In this document: positions 37,134 to 50,269 of the stretch, piece after piece
Layout: every line of letters starts with the position of its first letter
Position numbering within the stretch: the first letter of the stretch is position 1
DNA from: Mobula hypostoma
Lineage: Eukaryota
DNA: 64,000 nt
Assembly (NCBI RefSeq): GCF_963921235.1
Contig: NC_086097.1
Location: 92,320,001-92,384,000, forward strand
Direction of reading: 5' to 3'
Program-made: the position numbers and the translations under genes
The notes under the pieces: model-generated
Seen by the model: only the letters and a program-made list of their open reading frames with translations
Databases searched by the model: none
What the model was told of the DNA's origin: nothing

Positions 37134-38112
37134 CTCTGCGATGGAAACGTCTCAGATCGATCTTCAGGTCAAGTTTTACAGGTTATACTGAGTAGAACAA
37201 AAATTTATCAAGAAGTTGAACAGCACAATCTGACCTTCTATTGGTTTTTCCCAGGGCAAGTGTGGTCACTCAATAGTATCCATTCCCTTGATAGGCTGAC
37301 CTCATAGGAAGGTGTGGGCCTGAACTGATAGGGTACAATCAGGGTCTCAATCAGATCTACACCCTGGAATAGCATGCTCCACTGCATTGCAATGACAGAA
37401 GAACTTCCTTCCATTTTAAGCAAATCTTGTCAGGTACAGAGCCACCCCAGTTACCTGAGTCATATTTCTTACTTAATAAAGAAGAGTAACACATTCTCTC
37501 AGGTTCTTCCCTTTCAGAACTGCTCTGCACAGTCCATCATTTCCCAAAAAAAAACAGGCACCATCCTCCTTGGATTCTCACATCTAGTATTAATATCCTC
37601 CCTCATTTTGCCACACTCATAACAGTGCCTTTTGCACCCACTTGCTTCTTGTGATTGATGTGAAACTTTTTGGGTCATTACAACAAAAATCACTGGACTA
37701 GTTTTACCATGTCCGCCCGAATTGACAGCTTCTCCGCCAAAAGGAGAGAAAAACAGGACTGGCTTGCTGAGGATAAGCATGGGGTTGAACCGTAAAATTT
37801 TACTGGATTGGAAGCTCCATAGGTCCTCAAGAGAGGCGCAGCAGAAAGCCCAGGATCCAAGCAACAGGTGAGGACGCTGAAGTCTCAGCAACCTGTAGAT
37901 ATGATTTACGTGGGTTCTGAAGTGCCACGCGGAACTGACAGTTAAACTCATTAGGGAAATCAAGCAGTCAACACCTGCTATAAAGGATCTTGATAACCTC
38001 CTCAAACCTAACGCTGTCCCAGAACTTTTATTGATATTTCTTAGCACCATGTCTCACCTGATCTCCAACAAACTCCCTGCTGGTTTGCAAATAATCTTAA
38101 GAACTAATGAGG

Positions 38113-39394
38113 GTGTAATATATAATTGGTGTAAAAAATTATATTGTACTAATCTAAGTCAAACATTTATTGTATTTGTCATACTGTCAAGACAAAGTCT
38201 TGACCAATTAGTTTCATCAATATTAATATTCAGATCTGTTTCCCATTTTTGCTTTGACTTATGGGTTCCTTGTTTAATTGTCTGTTCTTGAATTAAATTA
38301 TACATAGAAGAAATAAATTTTTTAATTTTCCCTTTTTGAATGAAAATTTCAATTTCATTAGGTTTTGGCAAAAACATTGTTTGACCCAGGTTACCTTTTA
38401 AGTAAGCCCTTAATTGAAAGTAACAAAAGAAAGTATTATTAGATATTTTATATTTATCCTTTAATTGTTCAAATGACATCAATATACCTCGTTCAAAACA
38501 ATCTCCTATAAATTTAATCCCTTTTTGGTACCAATTGTATAAAAGTTGATTGTCCATTGTAAAAGGAATAAGTCTATTTTGGAACAAAGGTCTCCTTGCT
38601 AATAGAGATTTCTGTGTTTCATTATCAACATTTATCTTATTCCATAGATCAATCAAATGTGTTAATATAGGAGATTCTTTCTTTTCCCGTATCGATTTAG
38701 ATTCCCATTTATATATAAAATCTTCTGGTCTATTTTCTCCTATCTTATCTAGTTCTATCTTAATCCATGCTGGTTTTCGATCATCGAAGAAAGATGCAAT
38801 AAATCTAAGTTGATTTGCTTTATAATAGAATCTTATTGGAACAAATTACTGCAACTCAACTTCCACATAACCCTGTATTATTTTTATTAGGTGATATTGA
38901 AGGGATAAAACCGAAACTTAAATTGAATAAATATCAGAAAGAATTTATAAAAATTGCATTGGCGGTAGCTAAGAAGACTATAGCAGTTACTTGGAAATCT
39001 GATTCGTATTTAAGTATGGATCGTTGGAATAATGAAATGGCTAGTTCTATTCCACTCGAAAAAATTACTTATAATTTAAGAGATAAATATGTAACATTTT
39101 TGAATATTTGGCGCCCGTATTTACAAAAGATAGGATGGCATATTTAAGTGCTCCGATAAAGATTTTGGTCACTTGGGGAAAGTAACGAATAATTATACCA
39201 AATTTGTTTTGAATCCCATGGAGCATGTGGAAACCTTCCAATACCCAGGCGGTTCTTTTCTTTTTTTTCTTTTTCTTTCTTTTTAGGTAGGACCATATAT
39301 GGGGGGGGGGAGGGTTAAGGGCAGGGGGGAGGGTAGACTCTTTTTTTTCATGTATTCTTTTTGAAAATTCAATAAAAATTATATTACAAAAAAA
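38113..39394. mobile_element. L1-clade LINE with 5' inversion (twin priming)
   Basis: ORF2 pieces lie on minus (38113-~38826) and plus (~38828-39147). The polyA end is followed by a 14-bp TSD AAGAACTAATGAGG at 38099-38112 and 39395-39408. Confidence 0.9.
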
Positions 39395-39603
39395 AAGAAC
39401 TAATGAGGAAGTGTGCAACTTTGATGTAGGATAGAAGTCATCCTGGCTTCAATAGTGGGAGTTGTAGTACAGTTAAGTGCTGGGCCGGCTGGTGGTGTAG
39501 TCTGTCCTTTCCAGACAATACGCTTCCCCCAACAAATAACTTCACGGTTAAGATCTTGGAAAACATGGCCAGCATCCACATCGTGGAAGCCACTTCTTAG
39601 TGA

Positions 39604-39852
39604 GGAAAGGAAAGGAAAGGTACGCCGCATCCGGAGTTTCTCCGGTTAGCGGACGATTTCCCTCCACGTAGTGGGGAACCGCGTACGAGGTGAGTTACAG
39701 CAGTGGTTTGCCATTACCTTCTGCCAGTTGAGTTTCCAAAGAGATCACCAGCTCGTAACCCAGCATGGATGGAAGGCGTGCAGGGGAGCCGGCTAGATTT
39801 GAACTGGGGACCTTTCGTCCCGAAGTCCGACGCTGATGCCACTACGCCACCA
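39604..39852 (-). mobile_element. tRNA-headed SINE with RTE-type tail
   Basis: Minus strand TGGTGGCGTAGTGG (A box), AGTTCAAATC (B box), GAAGGTAATGGCAAACCACTGCTG and a (CCTTT)n tail. Confidence 0.75.
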
Positions 39853-40229
39853 CTGAAGGCAGAGATCAATAATGAAATTCAGAGCACTAGCGCCACCACT
39901 GGTCATGTGAGGAAAAGTATATTTGAAGACTGAAACATCAGACCTGGCACAAATCTCATGGTCTACTGGGTAGCAGTGATTCCTGCCTCTTGTTTGCTTC
40001 TGAGACCTAGACTACCTACAGCCAGCATGTCACAGCTCTGGAAGCATACTGCCGATATTGTCTCCCCAAAATCCTCTACATAGACTTTTGGTTTAAGGTG
40101 GTGTTGGTGAAGCACGGTGACGACTTGCTGGCTGCAAACAAAAACTACTTTATTAATCATACTTTATCATAAAAATGATCACTGCAATCAATAGGCTATA
40201 ACTTCCCTTTTGGAGCTGAGCTCTTGAAT

Positions 40230-40960
40230 TGCCTGTAGGACCTGCCATTTTTGTGGCGTGAACTGAAGTCTCGAAGGTGCAGGACAGTTGTGGTGTGGTG
40301 TGTCTGGGCCCATCTGAGGCGGCAGGGCCCAGCCCCGAAGACAGGGAACAAGCCAGTGTCTATCCATTGCTAGAGCTGACTTGGGGGCAATTTGAAGCAA
40401 CAGCACCAAAGTGGGGCAGAGTTGAATTGGCAGGGCCCAGGCCCGAGACCAAGGAACAATCCGATGTTTGACTGATTTAAGTGCCTGGGCAGTTTGGAAA
40501 GGTCAGTTATCGGCCGAATCGAGATGGCAGGGCCCAGTCTAATAGTGAAGAATGACCCTCTGTTTGGCCAATAGAAGTGTCAGGCTGGATTGAAAAGGTC
40601 AGGGTGTTGGGGTTGGATGGGAGGAATGGGCTGGTATTCAGCTCACTGCCTGTGAGGTTTACTCATCCCTGCACTGAACTGCAGCTGTGCTTTGCAACTA
40701 CCAGGCTCCCTGATCGACTCTGACTGGCTTCGTGGCTGTGGACTCACTTTTGTGAACTTCAGTTCTGAATGCTAGTTGCTTATTTTTATTGTTTGCACAA
40801 TTGTTTTTTTCTCTTTCTGCACATTGGGTGTTTGATGGTCTTCTTTGTTTAATATGTTCTATTAGGTTTCTCGCTTTTGTGAATGCCTGTAAGGAGATGA
40901 ATCTCAAGGTCATTAGTAATACGCATACTTTGATCATGTGTACTTTCAACTTTGAACTTT
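40230..40960 (+). mobile_element. Non-autonomous retroposon with a LINE-type (TTTGAAC)n tail
   Basis: The 3' end is similar to 52985-53703 (GCCTGTAAG...AATCTCAAGGT). Confidence 0.55.
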
Positions 40961-41314
40961 AATACCCCCAGCACTGAGGTCCCACTTCCTCCTGTTCATC
41001 TACATTGAGCAGGCCTTGATAACGCCTGTGCCCAGTATCATTCCTGAAATGGACACTCTGCTCCGAGCTCTGCCGTGGGAAGAGATTACCAGGTGGACAG
41101 AGTTTGACTGAAGAATGTGCTCACAGGTTTCCACTGGCTCCTGGGAATCTGGGCTTCAGTTCTGCTCAAAGTGAAGAAGAGCCGTTCAGGATGGTTTTGA
41201 GAACCTCGTGCCCACGTGTGAGAAGCACACGCAGAGATGGAAAGAGCGCACCACCTCAAAGAAACTAGCATTCCACTCAATCCCCCGGTCACCTCCTACC
41301 CCATTTATTTTCTT

Positions 41315-41546
41315 TTCTTTAGAGCTACAGCACGGTAACAGGCCCTACGAGCTCACGCTGCCCAGTTACACCAATGTGACCAATTAACCTCATGAGCTCG
41401 ACATCGTGGGAATGTGGGAAGAAACCGGAACACCCAGAGGAGCCGCATATTCTCACAGAGAGAACGTGCCAACAGCTTATAGACAGCGGCGGAATTAAAC
41501 CCTTGTAATATCGTCTTGTTATCTGATACGCTCCCATGCTGTCCCA
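41315..41546 (-). mobile_element. HE1/V-SINE-like tRNA-derived SINE
   Basis: Minus strand GGGACAGCATGG head, GGTTTAATTCC B box and CTCTGGGTGTTCCGGTTTCTTCCCACATTCC core. Homologous to 56058-56293. Confidence 0.7.
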
Positions 41547-42479
41547 AAGCACTTGTGCAAATAGTTCCAATTAGCCTCATCAGCCACTTCAGAACCCTCC
41601 AAACTGGAGTGGATGCAAGGGACTGCACAAGAAGACTGACTGCTTGCATATGACAAGCAAAATAAAAAGAAGAAATTGCAAGACGTTGGAAATCCGAAAA
41701 AAAAAGGTAGAAAATAGTTGAGTAGCACAGACAAAATGCTGGAGGAACTCAGCTGCTCAGGTGGCTCCAGTGGAGGGAGAGGAACTGTTGACATTTTGAG
41801 CTGAGACCCTCATTCAGAATTGGAAGGGACGAGGGCAGAAGCCACAGCTCCAGCGACTGCAGAATTTGTTGTGTTTAGAAAATGCTCAAACATTCTATAG
41901 GTTAGGCAGAAACTGTGGGGAGACAGGCAGTTAACGTTTCAAATCTGAGGCCACTTGTTAGAAGCGTTAACTGTCACTACTTGCAGAATTCAGATACTTG
42001 AAAGTAGTTTGCTGTCTGCTGGTGTAAATCTTTGATCTTCCCAAGTAGCCTGAAATATTGTTCGTGAATTACAGAGAAACGTAGAATCCAAACAAATGGT
42101 GAAAAGAGGTGGGAACTGAACTGAGCGGGTCTCTATGTATGCAGCATTTGCTGGCCATGCCTGCTGGCCACTTGGATCTCGGTCATTTTGGTGATATTCC
42201 ATACTCAGACCTTCAGCTTCCCATCCTGCCTGCCTTCCCCACTTTCTTGCGCGACTGAACCATCTACAGACAGACAGGAGAGACTGAAGATGCTGGAATT
42301 AAGAAAGGAATGACCTGCTGGGGAACTCAGTGGGTTGAGCAGCGTCTGTGATTCTGATGCAGGGTTTCCACTCAAGCAGATTCCAAAACTCCCTCCCCAT
42401 GGCTCCTGACTGACCTGTCAATTTCCTCCAGCAGTTGGTCTTTTCACTCATTCTACAGAGATCTCTGCCTTTTGGGTCA

Positions 42480-44340
42480 ATGCCTCTGCAATAACTCTTG
42501 TTACAACAATATACCTTTATGGGCCACGCCTTCAATGAAAAGCCAAGTCATCAGTGTGTTGAATCAATTGCCAGGAGGTTCTTCCCAATACTACCTAAGC
42601 ATCCATTGTTGTAACATAGACAGGCTCTTCTGGCCCCTTGTGATAACATGAGCAGGTGAACAGCTGCCCATTGTGACAGACATGTCCAGCTGAACAGCTG
42701 GGACCTTGAGATGGGAATTCCTGGGTATACCATTTCCCCTTTGTGATAAGTATCTCTAGGTGTATATCTTCTACTTCCAGCAAGCTCGCCTAGGTGTATT
42801 GTGCACTGTGAGAGCTCAAGACAGGCATGTCTCCTTTCTTAACAAGTCCATGGTTGATCTTCCATGGCCTTCCTACCAGAGCCAACACAAGTATCCCTGG
42901 ACTTGATAGCTCCAACTTTTATTGGGGTGCTGGAGGTGTCAGATGGTCTCAGCTAATGTCCCCCTCTGTTTCCTCCATGGATGGAGTAGCCTTCGGCTAC
43001 AGTCTCTTAAAACCTGGGTTCGTTGGTCTACCTGATCTCAAGACTGATCTGTCCCAAGTGTTCTTTCTTTGCCTGTCATTCTCCCTCAGAACACAGCAAT
43101 CCTGAGTCCTGTAACCAAGTCTCCTGCATCGATGATATTCTGTTATTTGTTAGGTTGGTTACTTTGAATTGATTCCCCTTTTGCTAATTTTGCTACCTTG
43201 ACTCTTCCTCATTCCCCTGGCTCAGTTTAGTGGTCGATACTGGAATAATCTGTGGTTACTATTCTTGTACCTGTTCTCTCATTTTTCCCTTTAGGCCTGC
43301 TTCTACCCCACTTCTCCTCCTAGCAGAACCAATGTCTGTAACCTCTACCAGATCAAATCCCAGCAAGAATGAAGGTTAGCTCTAGTCCATTGATGTCAAT
43401 CTCATCCTTCTCCCTATAATTCATTATAAATAAATTATAATCCACCAGTGAGTGCATCTGGGAGTTCACCCTTCCTTCCTATTGTGAGTTTAAAGGGTTC
43501 ACCTTTTCTGTATCACAAGCATTGCTGACATGTTGCTTTGTATCTTCCCAGCTACTGCACTTGGAGCCCTGGCACAATCCAACCAACACTGCCTGATCTA
43601 AACTTTATTGCGTCAGTCTCATCAAAAGGCCTCCAGAGCAGCTATTGTCTCCAAGTACCATAGGCAACCTTCCACATCTTGTCCCTATTCAGACTGCCCA
43701 GAGCTCTTACCACTTCCCCTAATTCTCAAGAAGATGAAGATTTATCATATCAGTATCACTGGAACTCTTCATTTACTGTTTCCATGTGTCTCACTGGATA
43801 TACTACTCTTCCATCTACCACATCCCGCCCTCCACAGCTTTGTCCTGCAGCCTTTTCCACCTTGTGTCTGAAACATTCCCTTCTTCCGCAGCCCAGCCCT
43901 GTCATAACACAAACCTCTGTCTCTATGACGTCTGCTTCAGCATGTAATCTCTCCTCTGAATTACCAGCACATGCCCCGATTCCATTTCTTTCACCCAGTA
44001 TGATGCCTTTAAATCAATCCTTAAATATCCAATTATTTTCTTCCCTTTCATCATTCAGAGCGTATCAATAGTGTAATTCAACTCCCTGTAGCTCTAAGTA
44101 ACTATATCTTGTCTCCATTCTCTTTTCCCCTTTTCTCCCCTGTCGTCATCCTATCCACCATCTATTTCTTCCTGGAACTCAACTTCCTTTGCTCCCAGGT
44201 AGCATCATTCTCCTGCATCCTTCCATTCTTTCCTTGGAATTTTTCAATGTTCCTGCCATTTTCACCCTTTTCTTTCCAGCAGTTTTTCTGCCTTTTCCTG
44301 AAATGTTTTACTTCTTCCCAATGGTTCCCTATTGTTTTGA
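42480..44340 (-). mobile_element. Possible heavily decayed LTR/ERV pol remnant
   Basis: Purine-rich minus strand with fragmentary RNaseH-end-like (GNSEERLHAEAD) and integrase-Zn-like (WIVPGLQ...TCQQCL) peptides, and many stops. Confidence 0.3.
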
Positions 44341-44344
44341 TTGA

Positions 44345-44903
44345 ACATCTGGAGAAACTTCTGAAATGCCCGCTTCACTGCCGCTGCTACTGTGCGATCG
44401 AGAATCTCCGGAGGGGAAGGCCCCAAATCCTTGGCTTTGCCTATTGCCTGTTGCCGGGGCCGGGGTTGGGGTCGAAGAGCTCGGTGCTCGGTGTCAGAGA
44501 GCTGGTCGGAGGCTCGAAGTTTTCAGATGGACTCAGAGTCGGACTGTGGTCGGGTGCTTCCAGGATGCTGCATCGGCAAGTTTGCCGCACTGGAGGTTTA
44601 TGGCAGGGAGAGTTTCTCCGTTCAACCGTCTATGTGAGATGATGGGACTTTCGAGAGACTTTGAGACTTTTTACCGTGCCCGTGGTCTGTTCTTCTATCA
44701 AATTATGGTATTGCTTGCACTGTTGTAACTATATGTTATAATTATGTGGTTTTTGTCAGCTTTTTTAGTCTTGGTTTGTCGTGTGTTTCTGTGATATCAT
44801 TCTGGAGGAACAAATTGTATCATTTCTTAATGCATGCATTACTAAATGACAATAAAAGAGGACTGCGTGTCCTCGTAATCTAATCTAATCCAATCTAATC
44901 TAA
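44345..44903 (+). mobile_element. Young non-coding retroposon with a (CTAAT)n tail
   Basis: CpG-rich body, then AATAAA followed by TAATC repeats at 44876-44903. Confidence 0.65.
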
Positions 44904-45376
44904 TGCAGATGTGATCAGTTGTTGCTCAGGCCATACATCTGAAGGGGGAAAAGTCTGATCTAAGTGATTTGGCTGTGGAATGATTGTTGGTGCCAGATAG
45001 GGTGGTTTGAGTAACTCAGAAACTGCTGATGTCCTGGGATTTTCACGCACAACAGTCTCAGAGGATTTACAGAGAATGGTACAAAAAAAAACCCAAAAGA
45101 AAATATGTCCAGTAAGCAGTCGTTCTGTGGGCAAAAATGCCTTGTTAATGAGAGAGTTCAGAGAAAAATGGCCAGGGTGGCTCAAGCTGACAGGAAGACA
45201 GCAGTAGGTCAAATAGCCACACGTTACAATGGTGGTGTGCAGAAGAGCATCTCTGAATGCACAACATGTTGAACCTTGAAGTAGATGGGCTACAGCAGAG
45301 AGAAGACCACAAACGTACCCTCAATGGCCACTTTATTAGGTAAAGGAGGTACATAATAAAGTGGTCACTGAATGTA
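44904..45376 (+). mobile_element. Non-autonomous Tc1-like element (same family as 8070-8601), left end missing
   Basis: GGAATGATTGTTGGTGCCAGA, GGCCACTTTATTAGGT and terminal AATAAAGTGGTCACTGAATG followed by TA. Confidence 0.75.
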
Positions 45377-45842
45377 TTCCTCCAATAGTAATTTATTACA
45401 AGGTACTACTCTATCTTTTCATCCATTCCTTTTATTCATTCCCTGCATTCAAAACCAAATTTGTGTGTACCCTCTGAATCTGCCCTGAATCTGTCCAAGC
45501 AGAGAAAATAACTTGAAGGAGAATTCAGAACACTTCTACAACATTATTCAAGTCCATCTGAACACCAGGAAGCAAATAATAAATGTATAAACTATGTAAA
45601 TAGAAGATATATGAACTATGCAAATAATAGATATAAAAACTATGCAAATATTACCTGAGCTATGCTATAAAATATCACAGTCTGCAGTGCTTCGATACGA
45701 CCTCTGGGTTCTACTCCACACACAGTGTTTAGCCGTTAACGGTAACTCGTGACATCCCTTTCCATCTTTCTCTCTACGCAAATGGTCAGTTCCCATGTTA
45801 TTTCCTTGCATGGTACCTCTCAGTTCCAAATATGACATCCTT

Positions 45843-48790
45843 TAAGTCAAAGTTCAAAGTAAATTTGTAATCCTATCCTACCTTGAGATTATTTTTTGCA
45901 GGCATTCACAGTAGAACAGAGAAATACAATATAATCAATGAAAAGCTGCATCAAAGACTGACAAACAACCAATGTGCACAGGAAGAATAGGTGTGCAACT
46001 AAAAGTTAAATAAATGATACCGAAAACATGAGCTGTAGAGTCCTTGAACGAGAGTAAATAGGCTGTGGAATCAGTTCAGTGTTGAAATAAGTGAAGTTAT
46101 CCACACTGGTTTAGGAGCCTGATGGTTGAAGGATGCTAACTGTTCCTGAACCCGGTGGTGTGGGACCTCAGGCTCCTGTACCTCCATCCAGATGGCAACA
46201 GCAAGAAGGAAGCGTTGCTTAGATGGTGGGAGTCCCTGATGATAAATGCTGCCTTCTTGCAGCTATGCTTCTTGTAGATGTTTTCAGTGATGGGCAGGGC
46301 TTTTCCTATAGTGGACTAGACTTTGCCCACCTCTTTTTGTAGGCTTTTCCAATTGATGGGCATGGGTATTCCTATACCAGCTTGTGATTAAACCAATCAG
46401 AATACTCCCCACTGTGCACCTATGGAGGTTTGTCAAAGTTTTAGATGACATACAAAATTTACACAGACTTCTTTGTAATAGGTGTGCTGGTCCCAGGACA
46501 AATCCTCAGATATGGTAAAGTCAAGGAATTTAAAGTTATTGACCTTCTCTGCCTCCAATCCCAAATGAGAACTGGCTCATGGACCTTCTCTTTCTTCCTC
46601 CTGTAGTCAACAATCAGCTCAATGGTTTTGCTGGTTTTGAGTGTGAGGTTGCTGTAGTGGCACCATTCAACCAAATGTTCAATCTCCATCCTATATGCTG
46701 ATTCATCAGCACCTTTATTTCAGACAACAACAGTGATGTAGTTTTCAAAGTTAAGTATGGCATTGGAATTGTACTTAGCCTCACAGTCATAAGTATAAAG
46801 CGAGTAGAGCAGGGGGCTAAGCACACAGACCTGTGGTGCATCAGTGCTGATGGAGGAAATGTTGTTGCCAATCCAAACTGACTGAGTCTGCAAGTGAGAA
46901 ATTTGAGGGTCCAATTGCATAAGAAGCTATTGAAGCCTAGGTCTTGGAGCTTAGTGATTAGTTAAGAGCGGATGGTAGTGTTGACTGCTGAGCTGCAGTC
47001 ATTGAAGAGCATCCTGATCTATGCATCTTCATTGTCCAGATGTTCTGTGAAGGTGGAAGCTCATGTGGATAGGGCGGTGAAGAAAGCTTTTGGTATGCTG
47101 GCCTTTATAAATCAGAGCATTGAGTATAGGAGTTGGGATGTAATGTTGAAATTATATAAGGCATTGGTAAGGCCAAATGTGGAGTACTGTGTACAGTTCT
47201 GGTCACCGAGTCATAGCAAAGATGTCAATAAAATTAAGAGAGTTCAGAGGAGATTTACTAAAATGTTGCCTGGGTTTCATCTCCTATGTTACAGAGAAAG
47301 GTTGAGCAAGTTAGGTCTTTATTCTTTGGAGCATAGAAGGTCGAGGGGGGACTTGATAGAGGTATTTAAAATTATGAGGGGGATAGATAGAGTTGACGTG
47401 GATAGGCTTTTTCCATTGAGAGTGGGGGAGATTCAAACAAGAGGACATGACTTGAGAGTTAAAGGGCAAAAGTTTAGGGGTAACATGAGGGGGAACTTCT
47501 TTACTCAGAGAGTGGTAGCTGTGTGGAATGAGCTTCCAGCAGAAGTAGTTGAGGCAGGTTTGATGTTGTCATTTAAAGTTAAATTGGACAGCTATATGGA
47601 CAGGAAAGGAATGGAGGGTTATGGGCTGAGTGCAGGTCGGTGGGACTAGGTGAGAGTAAGAGTTTGGCACAGACTAGAAGGGTTGAGATGGCTTGTTTCC
47701 ATGCTGTAATTCTTATACGGTTATATGTTCCAGAGTTGAGTGACGAGCCAATGAAATTGGCATTTGCTGTTGACCTATTGTGACGGTAAACAAACTGAAC
47801 CGGATCCAAGTCACTCCTCAGGCAGAAGTTGATATGCTTCATGACCAACCTCTCAAAGCACTTCATCCCAGTGGATGTAAGTGTTACATGATGATAGTCA
47901 TTGAAGTAGGTTACCTCATTCTTCTTGGGCACTATTATCATTGAAGCCTGCAGGTGGGTACCTCAGACTGCCAAAGTGAGAGGTTGAAGATCTCGGTAAA
48001 TGCTTCAGCCAGATTATTAGTACAGGTCTTCAGTACTCGGTCGGATAGACTGTATGGGTTAGATGCTTGCTGTGAGTTCATCTTCCTGAAGGATGTTCTC
48101 ACGTTAGCGTCAGTGACTGAAATTACAGGGTCATTAGCAGCTGTGTGAAGTATCTTCCATGTTCCGTTGGTCAAAGTGAGCAAAAAGTACATTGAGCTCA
48201 TCTGGGAGTGAAACCTCTTCATCATTTATGTTGTTTAGTTTTGCATTCAAGTGATGGCACTCAGCCACTGCCATAGTTCTCAAGGATCCTACTGTGATTC
48301 ATGTGAGGTGGCTCTCTGGAGCTTATATCTGGGCCTCGTGTACTTTCCTGGGTCACCAGTCGTGATTACCACCAACCTAGCCCTCAGCAGATTGCAGATG
48401 TCTTGTTTCATCCAAAACTTCTAGTTGAGGAAGGCTCTGAATGATTTTCAGACACACTCATCTACGTGTCTTTATAAAGTCCGTAACAACCATGGTGTAT
48501 TCATTTAGATCCTCTGATGAATCCTTGAACATGGCCCAGTCCACTGACTCATTGCAATCCCATATAGTTCCTCTGCCTCTGGTAACCACCTCTTTGTTGT
48601 TCTTATCTCTGATGCCTTTAACATCATCTAGTCTGGATGATATTAAACAGAACTGACTCTGGAAAACACTCAGGGTTGTCTGGATATGGTTCCTTGCAGG
48701 TTTGACCCCTTTCTCTGAGCCCTGTAGTGACTCAAGTATCAATCCCATGCCACTATCAACGATGCAACCTTCCCTTTTGGTGATACAGGA
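45843..48790 (-). mobile_element. Rex/Babar-like LINE, decayed, split by CR1
   Basis: ORF pieces [37 protein letters not shown] and TIELIVDYRR. Confidence 0.85.
47046..47724 (+). mobile_element. 5'-truncated CR1 insertion
   Basis: Intact ORF2 C-terminus (YKALVRPNVEYCVQFWSP). TSD ATGTTC at 47040-47045 and 47725-47730. Confidence 0.88.
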
Positions 48791-48810
48791 TCCATCCTGT
48801 TGGTCTAATA

Positions 48811-49258
48811 TACAATACTGTGCTAGGGTGTCTAAGACTTTTGCACAGTACTGTATTTGTCAACGTGGAGTGGAGAGCGAGTCTGTAAATCTGGCAGGGG
48901 AAAAGGATGGTGGGAATGGCGAGAGTGGAGCTCTGCTGGAGAGGTGTGGGACAGGTGGCAGAGAAGGAGTGCCAGGGGCAGCTGTTGGCATGGCTGCAGT
49001 CACACCCAGCCCTGAGACAATTTGATTCCAAACAATTGATTTATTGATCATCACAGAATGTCTCTCTGGTGCTTCCCATTCTCTCCCCTCTCCCTTCCTC
49101 TTTTCCCAACCATGATTCCCCTCTCCCTGTCCCTTTCCTACTCTCAGTCCACAATACAGACCCATATCAGAACCAGGTTTATCATCACTCACGTATGCAT
49201 TAAATTTGTTTTTTTTTGTGGCAGCAGTGTGTGTGTTTAAGACTTTTGTACAGTACTA
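48811..49258. mobile_element. Tc1/mariner-type MITE (copy 2) with an internal insertion at ~49020-49230
   Basis: AAGACTTTTGCACAGTACTG TIR copies; the body matches 32359-32621. Confidence 0.7.
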
Positions 49259-49814
49259 AAGGAATGCTTGATGTTAGTTGAACAAAGCTGCTTTGATGGA
49301 AAAATTGTTTATCAGCAGTGCAGAATTACATTTGCAGGTACCTGTTAATAGGTTTAGTTGCTCTGGAGTCATCTTATTTATGTGATCACCTTGGTACTTT
49401 GATGATACTGTCATATGGCAGAGTTCCAGAAGAAACGACTGTGCTTGGATAAATAGTTCAGGATTTCCTTGGCAGTTTACCACCTGTTTGAAAAGTTGAG
49501 TGCTGACACCAGGCTCCTGCAACACATCAGGTTCGAGGCACAGTCTCCTTTTGGTTCAGCATGTTCTCTACGTTATTGCCAAAAGCATCTGATAAGAGGG
49601 GAGAATGGGGGAAAGCAAGGGATAAGGACGGGGAGACTAAGAGGGGAACAGTGGGAGGCAGATTGAAAGAGGAGAAAGACCTGACGAGACCGAAAAATGG
49701 GATCAGTTAGCAAGAACAGGGAAACAAGGAGAGTGGGGCTGAAGAAAGAAGAATTTTGGGGCTGGAATGGGGATGCCTGAAGAAAAGTGTAAGGGCAAAC
49801 TCAAGTGACTGTTC

Positions 49815-50140
49815 CTGTGTATGTGTGCCCACATGAGAGTCACACGTGTGTGTTTCTCTGTGTGCACATGTCTATATATTTGTGTGTTTGTGTATGAGTC
49901 TGCTGTTCATGTGTTCACCTGGTGGCTTAGTTTAGGTGTGCATAGGCGTGTGTATGTATAGGTATCTGTGTGCTTGTGTGTATGGGTATTTATATGTGTG
50001 TGTGTGTGTGTGTATCAGTGTATGTGTATTCATATGTATATCATGTGTCTCTGTGGGTGTTCATACAGACACATGTATCTGGGTGTATGTTCAGGTGTGT
50101 ACATTTCACGTATGTGGGGGTGTGTGTACTAAGTCTGTGC
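49815..50140. repeat. Degenerate (TG/TA)-rich microsatellite tract
   Basis: Interrupted TG runs. Confidence 0.8.
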
Positions 50141-50269
50141 ATTACAAATCTCATCACTGGCTCAGGGCCATGATTGTAGCTGCTCCATGTTGGATGAGAT
50201 GAATAGTCCTTGAAAATGAGTCCATAGGTTGTGGGAACATTTGAGTGATGGGGCAACCTTTGATGTAGT

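Noticed and set aside
37514..38050. 178-aa minus-strand ORF
   Set aside because: No recognisable motif or convincing splice signals; probably chance.
44109..44728. Hydrophobic 177-aa and 120-aa ORFs as membrane proteins
   Set aside because: They arise from pyrimidine-rich sequence running into a retroposon.
49936..50256. Cys/Val-rich ORFs
   Set aside because: They are translations of TG microsatellite.
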